Below, one piece after another: positions 1 to 9,830 of a DNA stretch of 64,000 bases. The stretch covers positions 30,096-94,095 of the forward strand of contig JADLAR010000020.1 of the NCBI GenBank assembly GCA_020848155.1, in the 5' to 3' direction. Under the pieces are notes generated by a model. That model saw only the letters and a list, made by a program, of their open reading frames with translations. It did not search any database and was not told the DNA's origin. The stretch's first letter is position 1; every line of letters starts with the position of its first letter. The translations under genes were made by a program, and so were the position numbers. This DNA is from Candidatus Sumerlaeota bacterium (GTDB taxonomy: Bacteria > Sumerlaeota > Sumerlaeia > SLMS01).

Positions 1-323
1 AAATCGTCGGAGACACGCGACACTCCCCCGCAGTCGACGAAGATCGTGATGTCAAAGGGAGCACCGGGAAGCTCGTTCAGCACATTCTTCACGCCGGGAA
101 TGAAACTCCATTTATCGACAAGTGGAGTCGCGTTGTAGGCGGCGACCTTCTTGCCAAGTTTCACTAGGCCATGATACAAGCCCATGGTGGACCCAAGGCA
201 GTCGCCATCAGGACGCATGTGACTGACGATCAGGTAGTTGTTTCTCTCGCGGAGAATTTCAGCGAGTCCCTCCAAGGAGATGCTTCGTTGTGAGCGGGGC
301 GCGACGGTGGTTGTCGGATTCAT
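1..323 (-). CDS. DHH-family phosphoesterase (NrnA-like), 5' part only; gene continues beyond window start
   Basis: Reverse-complement translation from ATG at 321-323 gives MNPTTTVAPRSQRSISLEGLAEILRERNNYLIVSHMRPDGDCLGS... with DHH-type 'RPDGDCLGS' metal-binding motif. Truncated by the window edge, so absent from the ORF track. Confidence 0.6.
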   Translation of the reverse strand, partial: MNPTTTVAPRSQRSISLEGLAEILRERNNYLIVSHMRPDGDCLGSTMGLYHGLVKLGKKVAAYNATPLVDKWSFIPGVKNVLNELPGAPFDITIFVDCGGVSRVSDD

Positions 324-415
324 ATGGAGCTTTCGGTTGTACGTGTGTCGGACGAGCTTCGCCGCCGTCGTACAAACGGGCTAGGGAAGCGAACGGCAGG
401 CACGGCAGTCAACAG

Positions 416-1519
416 TTATCGGGCAGGCTCTCCACGATGAAAGAGGAGCACCTCTGCCGCAAGGCCCGGTCCGAAACCAAGCATGAGGCATGGGCCATTC
501 GCGCCGCTTCGCGTCAAGCGTTCCAAAATGAAAAGAGTGGTGGGGGAAGACATGTTTCCGAAATCACGCAGGACCTCCCATGAAGCGGCCAATGCTTGCG
601 CGGGAAGATCAAGGGCGGATTCCACGGCCTTCAGGATGCGCGGCCCTCCGGGATGAACCGCCCAGCAACCTATGTCCCTCATGGACAATGAGCGCGCGGC
701 GAGCCACTCCGTGAGCCACCCGGCAAGGTTTTGCTCGATCAGCGAAGGAACCCGTTGGGACAAGTACATTTCAAAACCGTGATCGCCAATTTTCCACGAC
801 ATGTCCTGCCCCGTCGCGTGGAACAGAAGCGATCCGTCACCATCCAGCCTCCAGTGCACCGCCTTGTCGCCGGGCGAGGCAGCAACAATGGCAACGGCAC
901 CGTCGCCAAACAGCGCGTTCGCCATGACACGCGCGGGGTCCCAGCCATACTGGAAATGAAGGCTGCACAATTCAACGGCGCAGACGAGCACGACGTTTCC
1001 GGGATCGGCAGCACACAAGCCATCGGCGGCCATGAGTGCATTCATTGCCGCGTGACATCCCATGAACCCGACCTGCAAGCGCCGCACCGTGCGCGGAAGA
1101 CCCAGTTGGTCGACAAGGTGCAGGTCAATTCCGGGAGCGGAAAAGCCACTGCACGTTGCAACGATCAGGTGTGTGACATCCCGCGCAGTGCGACCCGCGT
1201 CCTGAAGCGCCTTTGCACACGCTTCCGCCGCAAGTGGGGGTGCTTGGGCCTCGTAGCGTGCCATGCGCTCCCGCGTGCCGGGGCCGCGCACATTCTCACC
1301 TACATGGTTGTAGAAGTTTCCGCAACCTTCGGGTGGATCGGGGACATCTGTCAGCACAACGTTCCGCCGGTCGATTCCCGTCTTCCGGTAGAGGACGGAC
1401 AAGGCACGTTGTTCACGCTCGGTTTCGCAACAAACCTCAGCCGCCAGCCGGGCGGCAACGTGTTGCGGAAGCACGTTCCCCGGAACTGCCGTGCCAATAC
1501 CCAAGATGGAAAGATTCAT
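416..1519 (-). CDS. type III polyketide synthase (chalcone/stilbene synthase family)
   Basis: 410-aa ORF. Thiolase-fold CHS-like sequence with active-site Cys context 'VATCSGFSAPGIDLHL', 'GFGPG' C-terminal motif. Likely start MNLSILGIG at 1517-1519, overlapping the upstream stop (ATGA). Confidence 0.8.
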   Translation of the reverse strand: MNLSILGIGTAVPGNVLPQHVAARLAAEVCCETEREQRALSVLYRKTGIDRRNVVLTDVPDPPEGCGNFYNHVGENVRGPGTRERMARYEAQAPPLAAEACAKALQDAGRTARDVTHLIVATCSGFSAPGIDLHLVDQLGLPRTVRRLQVGFMGCHAAMNALMAADGLCAADPGNVVLVCAVELCSLHFQYGWDPARVMANALFGDGAVAIVAASPGDKAVHWRLDGDGSLLFHATGQDMSWKIGDHGFEMYLSQRVPSLIEQNLAGWLTEWLAARSLSMRDIGCWAVHPGGPRILKAVESALDLPAQALAASWEVLRDFGNMSSPTTLFILERLTRSGANGPCLMLGFGPGLAAEVLLFHRGEPAR

Positions 1520-2640
1520 GACTTGGGGATTGTCGCTCCGTTCAACTGACCGGACGCGATGCCCTGAATCATTCCAGAAAAGAGGGGAGAGAAGAACGAA
1601 TCGGCCTGAATCGCGACGCGAACCATCCCTGGTTTGCGCAGGAGCCACGCCATTGCCCGGCAGGTGCGCTGCCGCCGACGCAGAAACCCGCGCATGGTCG
1701 CATCCCAGCGACGGCCAACCGCGTCACTCCAGGGAGTGATAGCAAACGGCACGATGTTTGTCGCAGAGCGAAGCGCCCACGCGATTCCCTCCCCCGTGAA
1801 GGGTTCCACGTATCCTGCTGCATCGCCGATGGTGAGCTGCCGATGCGCGTAGAAGGAACTCCGACATCGCGTGAGAAGCGGCGTGCCCTTCCAATTCGCC
1901 TCATCGATTGAGGGGGAAGCTTTTCGGCCACAGGATTCAAGGATCCTTTTTGCTGCACCTCCGGCACTGCCACATTCCTTGACAAGCGCAGGCGACACTG
2001 CTGCCGCAGCGTGGATTCTTCCGTCGGCAAAGCGAACCAACCCCACGTACCCCGCATTGCCAACGTGCATGGAGATCCGACCCCGCGGCAGCAGGATTCC
2101 GTCATCATCATAAGTGGCTGCAGCGCCGAGATGGGACTGGGATCCGACGACTTCCGTTCCGTGTTCGTCGACGCGGGACGCAAGGCCGGTCGCCTCGATC
2201 AAGAGGCTCGCATGAAGCACCTCATTGCCACAGTGAAGCGATATTCGTTCGGCGTCGCGGGTCGCAACACTCACGCGGCGGGCGTCCAGGAAATGCGCGC
2301 CGCGGGACACCGCCACCTTCACCAGCAACTGGTCGAGGGTCGCGCGCGGTATAATCGCTCCCCCACGCACGGGCTTGAGCATGGAAGAGGAACGATGACG
2401 AACTTCGATTTCGGTGATGGGAATCGCTTCTGCGTGAGTCATCAGGTCGATTCCATGAGCGCGAAGCAGGGAGACCGATTCGCCATTCAAGCAGCAGCCA
2501 CACACCTTGTCGCGGGGGAATCGCGCCTTGTCGGCGAGCAACACGGATCGCCCACGGCTGGCAAGCAGCAGCGCCGCACAGGAACCTGCGAGTCCGGCCC
2601 CGGCAACCACTGTGTCATAGGAATTGGGGGCTGCGGTCAT
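1516..2640 (-). CDS. geranylgeranyl-reductase-family FAD-dependent oxidoreductase
   Basis: N-terminal dinucleotide fold 'YDTVVAGAGLAGSCAAL', 'FPRDKVCGCCL' motif typical of the GGR/FixC-like family. Stop overlaps the PKS start by 4 nt. Confidence 0.7.
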   Translation of the reverse strand: MTAAPNSYDTVVAGAGLAGSCAALLLASRGRSVLLADKARFPRDKVCGCCLNGESVSLLRAHGIDLMTHAEAIPITEIEVRHRSSSMLKPVRGGAIIPRATLDQLLVKVAVSRGAHFLDARRVSVATRDAERISLHCGNEVLHASLLIEATGLASRVDEHGTEVVGSQSHLGAAATYDDDGILLPRGRISMHVGNAGYVGLVRFADGRIHAAAAVSPALVKECGSAGGAAKRILESCGRKASPSIDEANWKGTPLLTRCRSSFYAHRQLTIGDAAGYVEPFTGEGIAWALRSATNIVPFAITPWSDAVGRRWDATMRGFLRRRQRTCRAMAWLLRKPGMVRVAIQADSFFSPLFSGMIQGIASGQLNGATIPKS

Positions 2641-2653
2641 GTTTCACCGAATG

Positions 2654-3574
2654 CTAGTAGCGCCCTTGCAACAGATGGGCGCTCTCACGCGCGAAACTCT
2701 CGGAGGATGGAAGCAGGATTCTCACGCGTGTCCCATGTTCGGGTTTGCTGTCGACGATGAAATTCCCACGGTGGGCGCGGATGATCCCGTAAATGCCTGC
2801 CAAGCCAGAGCCACGGCCCTTGGCCTTCGTCGAAAAAAACGGATCGAACATGTGTTTCGCAACCTCGTCCGTCATTCCCGTCCCGCAATCCTCAATTTCC
2901 AGGTACAAGTATCTTGTTTCCGGCGAGCTTCGTGCGATGTACAGGAATTCAGCTCCCTGCAGTTCACACTCTCCGGTACGGAGCTGAATTTCTCCACCTT
3001 GTCCCTCCATCGCCTCGCAGCAATTCTTGACGATGCCGGAAATCACCTGCCTTAATTGGGTCGCATCGGCCTGCACGGGGAGAAGGTCGGGTTGCAGGTC
3101 ACAGATCAAACGACAATCATCCGGGAGTGTTGCGGCGATATTCGGTTCCATCTCGCGAATCATCGTGGAAAGATCGACGAGCTTGAAACTGCAACGTCCC
3201 CTGCCGGCGAACGTGAGAAGGTCCTTCGCAAAATCGGACGCGCGGTTCGCCGCAGCCTCCACCTGCGTCAGGTAACGATAATGGGGGGCGCCCTCAGCCA
3301 TCTCCATCATTGCCAGGGAGGTGTTGCCCAAAATGGCCATGAGGAAGTTGTTCAGATCGTGCCCCGTCTTGCTTGCCAGCGCGGCAAGGCTTTCCATTCG
3401 CTCCGCATTTGCCTTTGCATCCTGCTCCTGCCGGGCAGCTGGGACGGGGGTTTTTCCATCGATCGGGACCATACACCCAGAGCGCTTACCAAGGGAGGGA
3501 GATTCGCTCAAGCGAAAGGTGCTGGTTTCCGACTCGTGAAGGATTTCGTCTGGACCTACTTCGCCGCCGACCAT
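2654..3574 (-). CDS. cytoplasmic sensor histidine kinase (DHp + HATPase_c only, no TM or receiver)
   Basis: H-box 'SKTGHDLNNFLMAILG', N/G1/G2 boxes ('DCGTGMTDEV', 'GSGLAGIYGI'). 13-nt gap to the downstream reductase. Start uncertain (M1 at 3574 or internal M). Confidence 0.7.
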   Translation of the reverse strand: MVGGEVGPDEILHESETSTFRLSESPSLGKRSGCMVPIDGKTPVPAARQEQDAKANAERMESLAALASKTGHDLNNFLMAILGNTSLAMMEMAEGAPHYRYLTQVEAAANRASDFAKDLLTFAGRGRCSFKLVDLSTMIREMEPNIAATLPDDCRLICDLQPDLLPVQADATQLRQVISGIVKNCCEAMEGQGGEIQLRTGECELQGAEFLYIARSSPETRYLYLEIEDCGTGMTDEVAKHMFDPFFSTKAKGRGSGLAGIYGIIRAHRGNFIVDSKPEHGTRVRILLPSSESFARESAHLLQGRY

Positions 3575-3600
3575 ATGCCTGTGTGCGGCAAAGGCTCCAA

Positions 3601-4668
3601 ATGACGACTCGTGGGAAAAGCAAGCAAGGGAATGGGCTTCGCGATTACATCATCCGCCGCATGATGCTCATGGTTCCCACATTTCTGGGAACGACTCTGG
3701 TCGTGTTCCTCCTTTGCCAGATGGTTCCAGGCGGACCAGTCGACCAAATGCGCCTGCGAATGATGAGCGGGAGTGTTGGTGGAGAGGCCTCCACTGGCGG
3801 CACACGAAATACGGCCACGAACACACCGATTTCCGAAGCGGACCTCAAGAGCCTCAACGACTACTACGGCTTCAGCGATCCGATCCATGTTCGCTACTTC
3901 AAGTACATGAAGAAACTGGTGACGCTGGATTTTGGCACCTCGTTTCGTTACACGGTTCCAGCAATCAAGCTGATCCGCGACCGCCTCCCCATTTCACTCT
4001 ATTACGGGATCGTGACGACGATCCTAACCTACGGAATCTGCGTCCCCCTGGGCATGGTGAAGGCCATTCGCAACCGGGGGATTCTGGACAACCTGACCTC
4101 CGTGATCACCTACGTTGGCTATGCCATTCCCAGCTACGCGCTTGGCGTGGTGCTGGTTTCGCTCCTCTCGGTGAAGCACGACATCTTTCCGCTGAGTGGA
4201 TTCGTAGGAGAGAATTTCGAGAAGCTCTCCTCGTGGGGAAAGGTGAAGGACCTGGTTTGGCATTCGGCATTGCCGCTTGTCTGCTACATGGTTGGCAGCT
4301 TTGCCGTTCTCACGCTGCTCATGAAGAACAGCCTTCTGGAAAACCTGAACGCCGACTACGTGCGAACGGTGCTCGCGATGGGCGGCACCGCGAGGCGTGC
4401 GATCTTCGTCCACGCATTCCGAAATTCGTTGATTCCGATGGCCACCAGCTTCGGGAACAACATCTCCGTGATTCTCGCTGGTTCCCTGCTGATTGAACGC
4501 GTGTTCAACATTCCGGGAATGGGGCTGCTGTTTTTTGAATCCATCCAGGCACGGGATTATCCCGTCGTCATGGCACTGACGGTGATCTCGACTGTCCTGC
4601 TGTTGGTGGGGAACCTGCTGTCTGACTTGTGCGTTGCCTCCGTCGATCCGCGAGTCCGATTCGAGTGA
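3601..4668 (+). CDS. ABC transporter permease, OppB/DppB/YejB-like
   Basis: Multi-TM binding-protein-dependent permease. Start chosen at MTTRGKSKQ (ATG 3601) because the longer ORF overlaps the HK gene. Confidence 0.8.
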   Translation: MTTRGKSKQGNGLRDYIIRRMMLMVPTFLGTTLVVFLLCQMVPGGPVDQMRLRMMSGSVGGEASTGGTRNTATNTPISEADLKSLNDYYGFSDPIHVRYFKYMKKLVTLDFGTSFRYTVPAIKLIRDRLPISLYYGIVTTILTYGICVPLGMVKAIRNRGILDNLTSVITYVGYAIPSYALGVVLVSLLSVKHDIFPLSGFVGENFEKLSSWGKVKDLVWHSALPLVCYMVGSFAVLTLLMKNSLLENLNADYVRTVLAMGGTARRAIFVHAFRNSLIPMATSFGNNISVILAGSLLIERVFNIPGMGLLFFESIQARDYPVVMALTVISTVLLLVGNLLSDLCVASVDPRVRFE

Positions 4669-5720
4669 GTTTCTTCCGGCTCGATCCGATCACAAGGAAA
4701 CGCATTCGCCGTTTCCGCCAGCAGCGCATCGGCTTCTATGCGCTGATCCTGCTGTCGTTGATGACGATTGCGTCGCTGTTTTCCAACTTCATCGCGAACA
4801 ATCGCGCCATTGCCGTGCGATATGAGGGTGAGTGGTACTTCCCCACATTCAAGTTTCACCCCAGCAGCACCTTCAAGCAGGAGGACCCCTACGGTGATTC
4901 GGAAGCGGACTACCGGCTGCTGGCGAAGAGCGCGGAAGGTACTGGCAATTGGGTATTGATGCCGCCGATCCAGTTCAATCCGTACGAGAATGACTTTGAT
5001 TTCTATGATGATCCGCCGCCTCATCCTCCCGACAAGCGGCACCTGCTGGGGACGGACGACAAGGGGCGGGATGTTTTCGCCCGTTTGTTGTACGGTCTTC
5101 GCATTTCGATGCTCTTTTCCCTCATGCTTGTCCTCCTAGGCACCATCATCGGTGTGGCGGTGGGAAGCGCCCAAGGGTACTTTGCCGGCTGGTTCGATCT
5201 CCTGAGCCAGCGGGTCATTGAAATCTGGAGCACGCTGCCATTGTTGTATGTTGTCGTGCTCCTTGGGACCATGTTCCGGCCCACATTCTTCATGCTCCTG
5301 TTTATACTGCTACTGTTCCAATGGTATTCGATCACCTATTACATGCGTACGGAACTCTACCGGGAAAAGTCGCGCGAGTACGTTCAGGCTGCACGCTCAA
5401 TGGGTGCCTCCCACTTCCGCATCATCTTCCGCCACCTTCTTCCCAACGCCATTGTTCCGATCGTGACGTTCACCCCGTTTGCGGTCGTTGGCGGAATTTT
5501 CCTTCTGACGGCGCTTGACTATCTTGGTTATGGGCTTCCAGCACCAACCCCAAGCTGGGGACAGTTGATCGACCAGGCGCTCGAATCGTCAAACCGCGGG
5601 AAGCTCTGGCTAAGCCTCTCGCCTTTCTGCGCTATCACGACAACGCTTGTGTTGGTCACCTTGATCGGCGAAGGCATTCGGGAGGCGTTCGACCCGAAGC
5701 CCTGGTCCCAATATCGATAA
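4665..5720 (+). CDS. ABC transporter permease, OppC/YejE-like
   Basis: GTG at 4665 overlaps the upstream stop by 4 nt. TM-rich, with a long periplasmic loop after TM1 as in YejE/OppC. Confidence 0.8.
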   Translation: MSFFRLDPITRKRIRRFRQQRIGFYALILLSLMTIASLFSNFIANNRAIAVRYEGEWYFPTFKFHPSSTFKQEDPYGDSEADYRLLAKSAEGTGNWVLMPPIQFNPYENDFDFYDDPPPHPPDKRHLLGTDDKGRDVFARLLYGLRISMLFSLMLVLLGTIIGVAVGSAQGYFAGWFDLLSQRVIEIWSTLPLLYVVVLLGTMFRPTFFMLLFILLLFQWYSITYYMRTELYREKSREYVQAARSMGASHFRIIFRHLLPNAIVPIVTFTPFAVVGGIFLLTALDYLGYGLPAPTPSWGQLIDQALESSNRGKLWLSLSPFCAITTTLVLVTLIGEGIREAFDPKPWSQYR

Positions 5721-5735
5721 CGAGGAGCATTTCAT

Positions 5736-7562
5736 ATGAAGAAGACAGTCCTGATAATCTTCGCATTCGCCCTGTTTGCAGCGCGGACCTTCGCGGCGGA
5801 GGACCTTTCCGGGATCAAGTGGGAAACGGATAACGATGAACCGCTGATCGGCAGCGAGAAGGCAATCCGTGGTGGGACCTTCAATGACACCATCCCATCT
5901 TATCCGCTGACGTTTCGCCTCTTTGGCCCCAACAGCAATGATGCCTTTGCGAATTGGAGCCGTGAGTATTCCTTGGACATCGGCCTCGTGGACTTCCACC
6001 CGACGACACGCCAGGCGATACCGATGCTCGCAACCCACTGGTCTGTCCAACCTGATCACAAGACTGTCTACTACAAGCTTGATCCTGATGCACGTTGGAG
6101 CGACGGCGTGCCGATCACGGCGGACGATTATGTGTTCAGCGCCGAGTTCCGTCGCAGCCCACACATCCTCGATCCCTTTCAAAGCGCAAACATGAAGAAT
6201 TACTTTGAAAGCGTTGAGAAGATCGATGACTACACGATCAAGATCGTGGGGAAGGTGGAAAGCTGGCGTCCGTTGTACGACTATAATTTTTCACCCATCC
6301 CCAAACACGCCACAAAGTTGGACGCCGACTGGGTGAAGCGGGAGAACAACGTTCCACCTGTCGTTCAGGGTCCCTACATTATTTCCGACTTCAAGGAGGG
6401 GGAACGCGTCGTCTTCAAGCGTGTGCCAGATTGGTGGGGTGACAAGAAGCGCTACTTCACTGGGATGTTCAACCCCGACCAAATCAACCTGCGCGTGATT
6501 GAAAACGACGACCTTGATTTTGATGTCTTCAAGAAGCACGAGTCCGACATCTATCAGGTTCTCAGCGCACGCCGCTGGGAGAATGAGATGAGCTTCGATG
6601 CGTTGAACAACGGACTCGTGCACCGCAGGCGCGTCTTTGTGGACGCACCGCAAGGGTTGTCGGGAATCATCTTTAATCTCAAGAACCCCATGTTTGCAAA
6701 CAGGGATTTCCGCAAGGGGTTGCAACACCTGATGAACTTTGACGAGTTGAACAAGAACCTGATGTTCAACGCCTACTACCGGCAATATTCGATGTTCACG
6801 GGAACAGCCTACGAGAATCACAGCCTGAAGGGGTACCCCTTCGATCCGAAGTTGGCGCGGCAGTACCTTGCCAAGGCAGGATTCGACAAGCGTGGCAGCG
6901 ATGGGATCCTGGAAAACGCAAAGGGCGACAAGGCGCGCTTCACGCTTCTCTATAATTCGAAGTCCCTGGAACGACACTTGACGGTGATAAAGAACGCCTA
7001 CCGCAAGGGAGGCGTGGAGATCGACCTGCAACTGCTGGAACCGGGCGCCCTGTTCAACAAGCTTCTGGAACGCGCCTATGACGCCTCACTCTTGAGCATG
7101 ACGGCGGACGTCTACCCCGACCCCTACCAGTATTTTTCGACGGAATTCAAGGACAAGACCCAGAACAACAACTTCTGGAACTATGGCAATCCGGAAGTCG
7201 ACAAGCTGATCGACATCTACCGCTACGACATGGATGAAACAAAACGCAATGACGCCATGGCCGAGTTGGATGCGAAGCTGGAAGATGAGTCACTCATCAT
7301 CCTCTTCTGGCAGGCACCTTATCTTCGGATGCTCTATTGGGATGACATAGAGTTTCCGGAAAATTACCTGCCACGCACCATCGACAAATACATGGATTAC
7401 CAAACGTTCTGGATCAACCCGGAGAAGCGTGCCAAACTGGCGGAGGCCCTGAAGGCGGGGACCAAGTATCCCACAGACACAATTGTGGACGTCGATCCCT
7501 ACGGGGTTAAGAAGAGGCTGGTGGAATCTGCCGCAGCAGCGACGACTGCGGTGTCGAACTGA
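5736..7562 (+). CDS. ABC transporter substrate-binding protein, family 5 (OppA/YejA-like)
   Basis: 608 aa, N-terminal signal peptide MKKTVLIIFAFALFAARTFA, size and composition of SBP_bac_5. Confidence 0.85.
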   Translation: MKKTVLIIFAFALFAARTFAAEDLSGIKWETDNDEPLIGSEKAIRGGTFNDTIPSYPLTFRLFGPNSNDAFANWSREYSLDIGLVDFHPTTRQAIPMLATHWSVQPDHKTVYYKLDPDARWSDGVPITADDYVFSAEFRRSPHILDPFQSANMKNYFESVEKIDDYTIKIVGKVESWRPLYDYNFSPIPKHATKLDADWVKRENNVPPVVQGPYIISDFKEGERVVFKRVPDWWGDKKRYFTGMFNPDQINLRVIENDDLDFDVFKKHESDIYQVLSARRWENEMSFDALNNGLVHRRRVFVDAPQGLSGIIFNLKNPMFANRDFRKGLQHLMNFDELNKNLMFNAYYRQYSMFTGTAYENHSLKGYPFDPKLARQYLAKAGFDKRGSDGILENAKGDKARFTLLYNSKSLERHLTVIKNAYRKGGVEIDLQLLEPGALFNKLLERAYDASLLSMTADVYPDPYQYFSTEFKDKTQNNNFWNYGNPEVDKLIDIYRYDMDETKRNDAMAELDAKLEDESLIILFWQAPYLRMLYWDDIEFPENYLPRTIDKYMDYQTFWINPEKRAKLAEALKAGTKYPTDTIVDVDPYGVKKRLVESAAAATTAVSN

Positions 7563-7577
7563 TCGCGGACACAGGCA

Positions 7578-8555
7578 TTGGCACTCCTTGAGGTTCGCGG
7601 ACTAAAGGTTCACTTTCACACCGAGACAGGTGTGAATCAGGCCGTTGATGACGTGTCGTTGACTGTGGAGGAAGGGCGCACGCTCGGGATTGTCGGGGAG
7701 TCAGGCTGTGGCAAGAGCGTGACGGCGCTCTCCATAATGCGGCTCGTCCCTGACCCACCCGGCAGGATCATCGCTGGTCAGATTCTGTGGAACGGCCGGG
7801 ATGTCATGAAGCTGCCGGTTCATGACCTGCCGGAGTTTCGCGGTCGCGAAGTCGCGATGATCTTCCAGGATCCCATGACATCGCTCAATCCTGTCTTCAC
7901 AATTGAGCGCCTTTTGTGCGAAGTTATCAGGAAACGATTCCGCGTCGGTAAGGCTGAAGCTCGCAAGCGTGCACTGGAGGCGTTGAACACCGTTGGAATT
8001 CCTGATGCCGAATCGCGACTCGGAAATTATCCGCATGAACTGAGTGGTGGAATGAAGCAGCGGATCCTGATCGCCATGGCGCTGCTGTGCGAGCCGAAAT
8101 TGCTGATCGCTGATGAACCAACAACGGCTTTGGATGTCACCATCCAGAAACAAATACTGTACTTGATGAAGAACCTTCAGCAGAAGAACAACATGGCGCT
8201 GATGCTGATCACCCATGACATTGGCGTGATCGCGGAAACCTGCGATGAAGTTGCCGTGATGTATGCGGGAAGGATCGTTGAGCGCACGGATGTGTACACG
8301 CTCTTCTCGCACAACAGGCATCCGTATACGCGAAGCCTCCTGACCAGCATTCCCAAGCGCGGACTCGGCAAGGAAGTCCCCCTGCCAACGATTGAGGGAA
8401 GCGTCCCATCCCTGTTCAATCCACCGAAGGGATGTCGCTTCGCGCCGCGTTGCTTCAGGCGTCAGGAACGGTGCCTTCTGGAGGACCCACAACTTCTCCC
8501 TGTCGCTGAAAATCACGTCACCGCGTGCCACTTTCCGCTGGAGGATGCAGTTTGA
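7578..8555 (+). CDS. ABC transporter ATP-binding protein (OppD/DppD-like)
   Basis: Walker A 'GESGCGKS', signature 'LSGGMKQR', Walker B 'LLIADEPT', C-terminal oligopeptide-ABC extension. TTG start. Confidence 0.85.
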   Translation: MALLEVRGLKVHFHTETGVNQAVDDVSLTVEEGRTLGIVGESGCGKSVTALSIMRLVPDPPGRIIAGQILWNGRDVMKLPVHDLPEFRGREVAMIFQDPMTSLNPVFTIERLLCEVIRKRFRVGKAEARKRALEALNTVGIPDAESRLGNYPHELSGGMKQRILIAMALLCEPKLLIADEPTTALDVTIQKQILYLMKNLQQKNNMALMLITHDIGVIAETCDEVAVMYAGRIVERTDVYTLFSHNRHPYTRSLLTSIPKRGLGKEVPLPTIEGSVPSLFNPPKGCRFAPRCFRRQERCLLEDPQLLPVAENHVTACHFPLEDAV

Positions 8556-9571
8556 CCGCGCCGCTTCTCGACGTCCGGAACCTCGTGAAGCGCTACCCGG
8601 TACGCGGCGGTGTCTTCGCGCGCAAGCGTGGCGAGGTGCATGCCGTTGAGGACGTTTCCTTCTTCATTGAAAAGGGGGAGACCCTCGGCTTGGTGGGCGA
8701 AAGCGGCTGCGGCAAATCGACATTGGGGCGGGCCATCATCCGCCTTGAGGATGCAACCAGCGGCAGCATCACGTTCGATGGCGAGGACCTGCTCGCTCTC
8801 CCGTCGAGGGAGCTTTTCGATCGCCGCAGGCACCTTCAGATGATTTTCCAGGATCCCTACTCCTCGTTGAATCCCCGCATGACGGTTGGAGAAATTGTTC
8901 GCGAGCCGCTGATCATCCATCGTTCGGGATCACGCAGGGAACAGCATGAGGAAGTATCCGCACTGCTGGAGAAGGTCGGGATGAAGGCGGAAATGATCGA
9001 TCGCTACCCGCATGAATTTTCCGGTGGCCAACGACAGCGCATCGGCATTGCGCGGGCGTTGGCGCTCAAGCCCAGTTTCATCATCGCTGACGAACCGATC
9101 TCCGCCCTTGATGTCTCCGTTCAGGCGCAGGTCCTGAACCTGATGGTGTCGCTTCAGAGGGAATTGAATCTTACCTACCTCTTCATCTCACACGACCTTA
9201 CGGTGGTGGAGTATATCAGCGACAGGATCGCCGTGATGTATTTGGGGCGAATCGTTGAAATTGGCCCCACGCACGTCATCTTCAACTCACCTGCCCACCC
9301 TTATACACGGAGCCTCATCGATGCGGCGCCAGTACGCGACCCACGGTTGCGCGGCATCGCCGAACCGATTCGTGGTGAAACGCCAAGTCCCATCAATCCC
9401 CCTCCCGGTTGCACGTTTCATCCCCGCTGCCCCTTCGCGATCCCGCGCTGCCGCGAGGTCGTTCCTCCGCTGGAATCGCACGAGACCTCCGGCCATCGGG
9501 TTGCCTGCATCCGCAAGGATGAAATCGTCGGCGAACTAAAGCGTCCCATGGCCGTTTCTGCTTCCGATTAG
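8525..9571 (+). CDS. ABC transporter ATP-binding protein (OppF/DppF-like)
   Basis: Walker A 'GESGCGKST', 'FSGGQRQR', 'IIADEP'. Start is either ATG 8525 or TTG 8552 (4-nt overlap with the upstream stop). Confidence 0.85.
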   Translation: MPLSAGGCSLTAPLLDVRNLVKRYPVRGGVFARKRGEVHAVEDVSFFIEKGETLGLVGESGCGKSTLGRAIIRLEDATSGSITFDGEDLLALPSRELFDRRRHLQMIFQDPYSSLNPRMTVGEIVREPLIIHRSGSRREQHEEVSALLEKVGMKAEMIDRYPHEFSGGQRQRIGIARALALKPSFIIADEPISALDVSVQAQVLNLMVSLQRELNLTYLFISHDLTVVEYISDRIAVMYLGRIVEIGPTHVIFNSPAHPYTRSLIDAAPVRDPRLRGIAEPIRGETPSPINPPPGCTFHPRCPFAIPRCREVVPPLESHETSGHRVACIRKDEIVGELKRPMAVSASD

Positions 9572-9651
9572 CAGTGGCGGCCCTTTGCCGCTTGCGTCAA
9601 AAATGCCCCTGCCAGTCGAATGGCTGCTCGCACCAGCAAGGAGAACCAATG

Positions 9652-9830
9652 TGAGAGCGGAACCAGTGCTCGCGAAGCTTCGGGAGCTTTACAAGGAGTG
9701 GGAGGACGACAAGGAAAGCGACGAGTATCAGGCGCTGTTCCATGCCTTCTGCTTCGTCAGTTACAAGGTGGGCGATTTCCAGAAGTACCTGGATGAGGTC
9801 GCCAAAAAGAATTCAAAGGCGGACGAATGA
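9652..9830 (+). CDS. small hypothetical protein (~59 aa)
   Basis: GTG preceded by AGGAGA with 6-nt spacer. Charged helical peptide VRAEPVLAKLRELYKEWEDDKESDEYQALFHAF... Stop overlaps the gltX ATG (ATGA). Confidence 0.3.
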
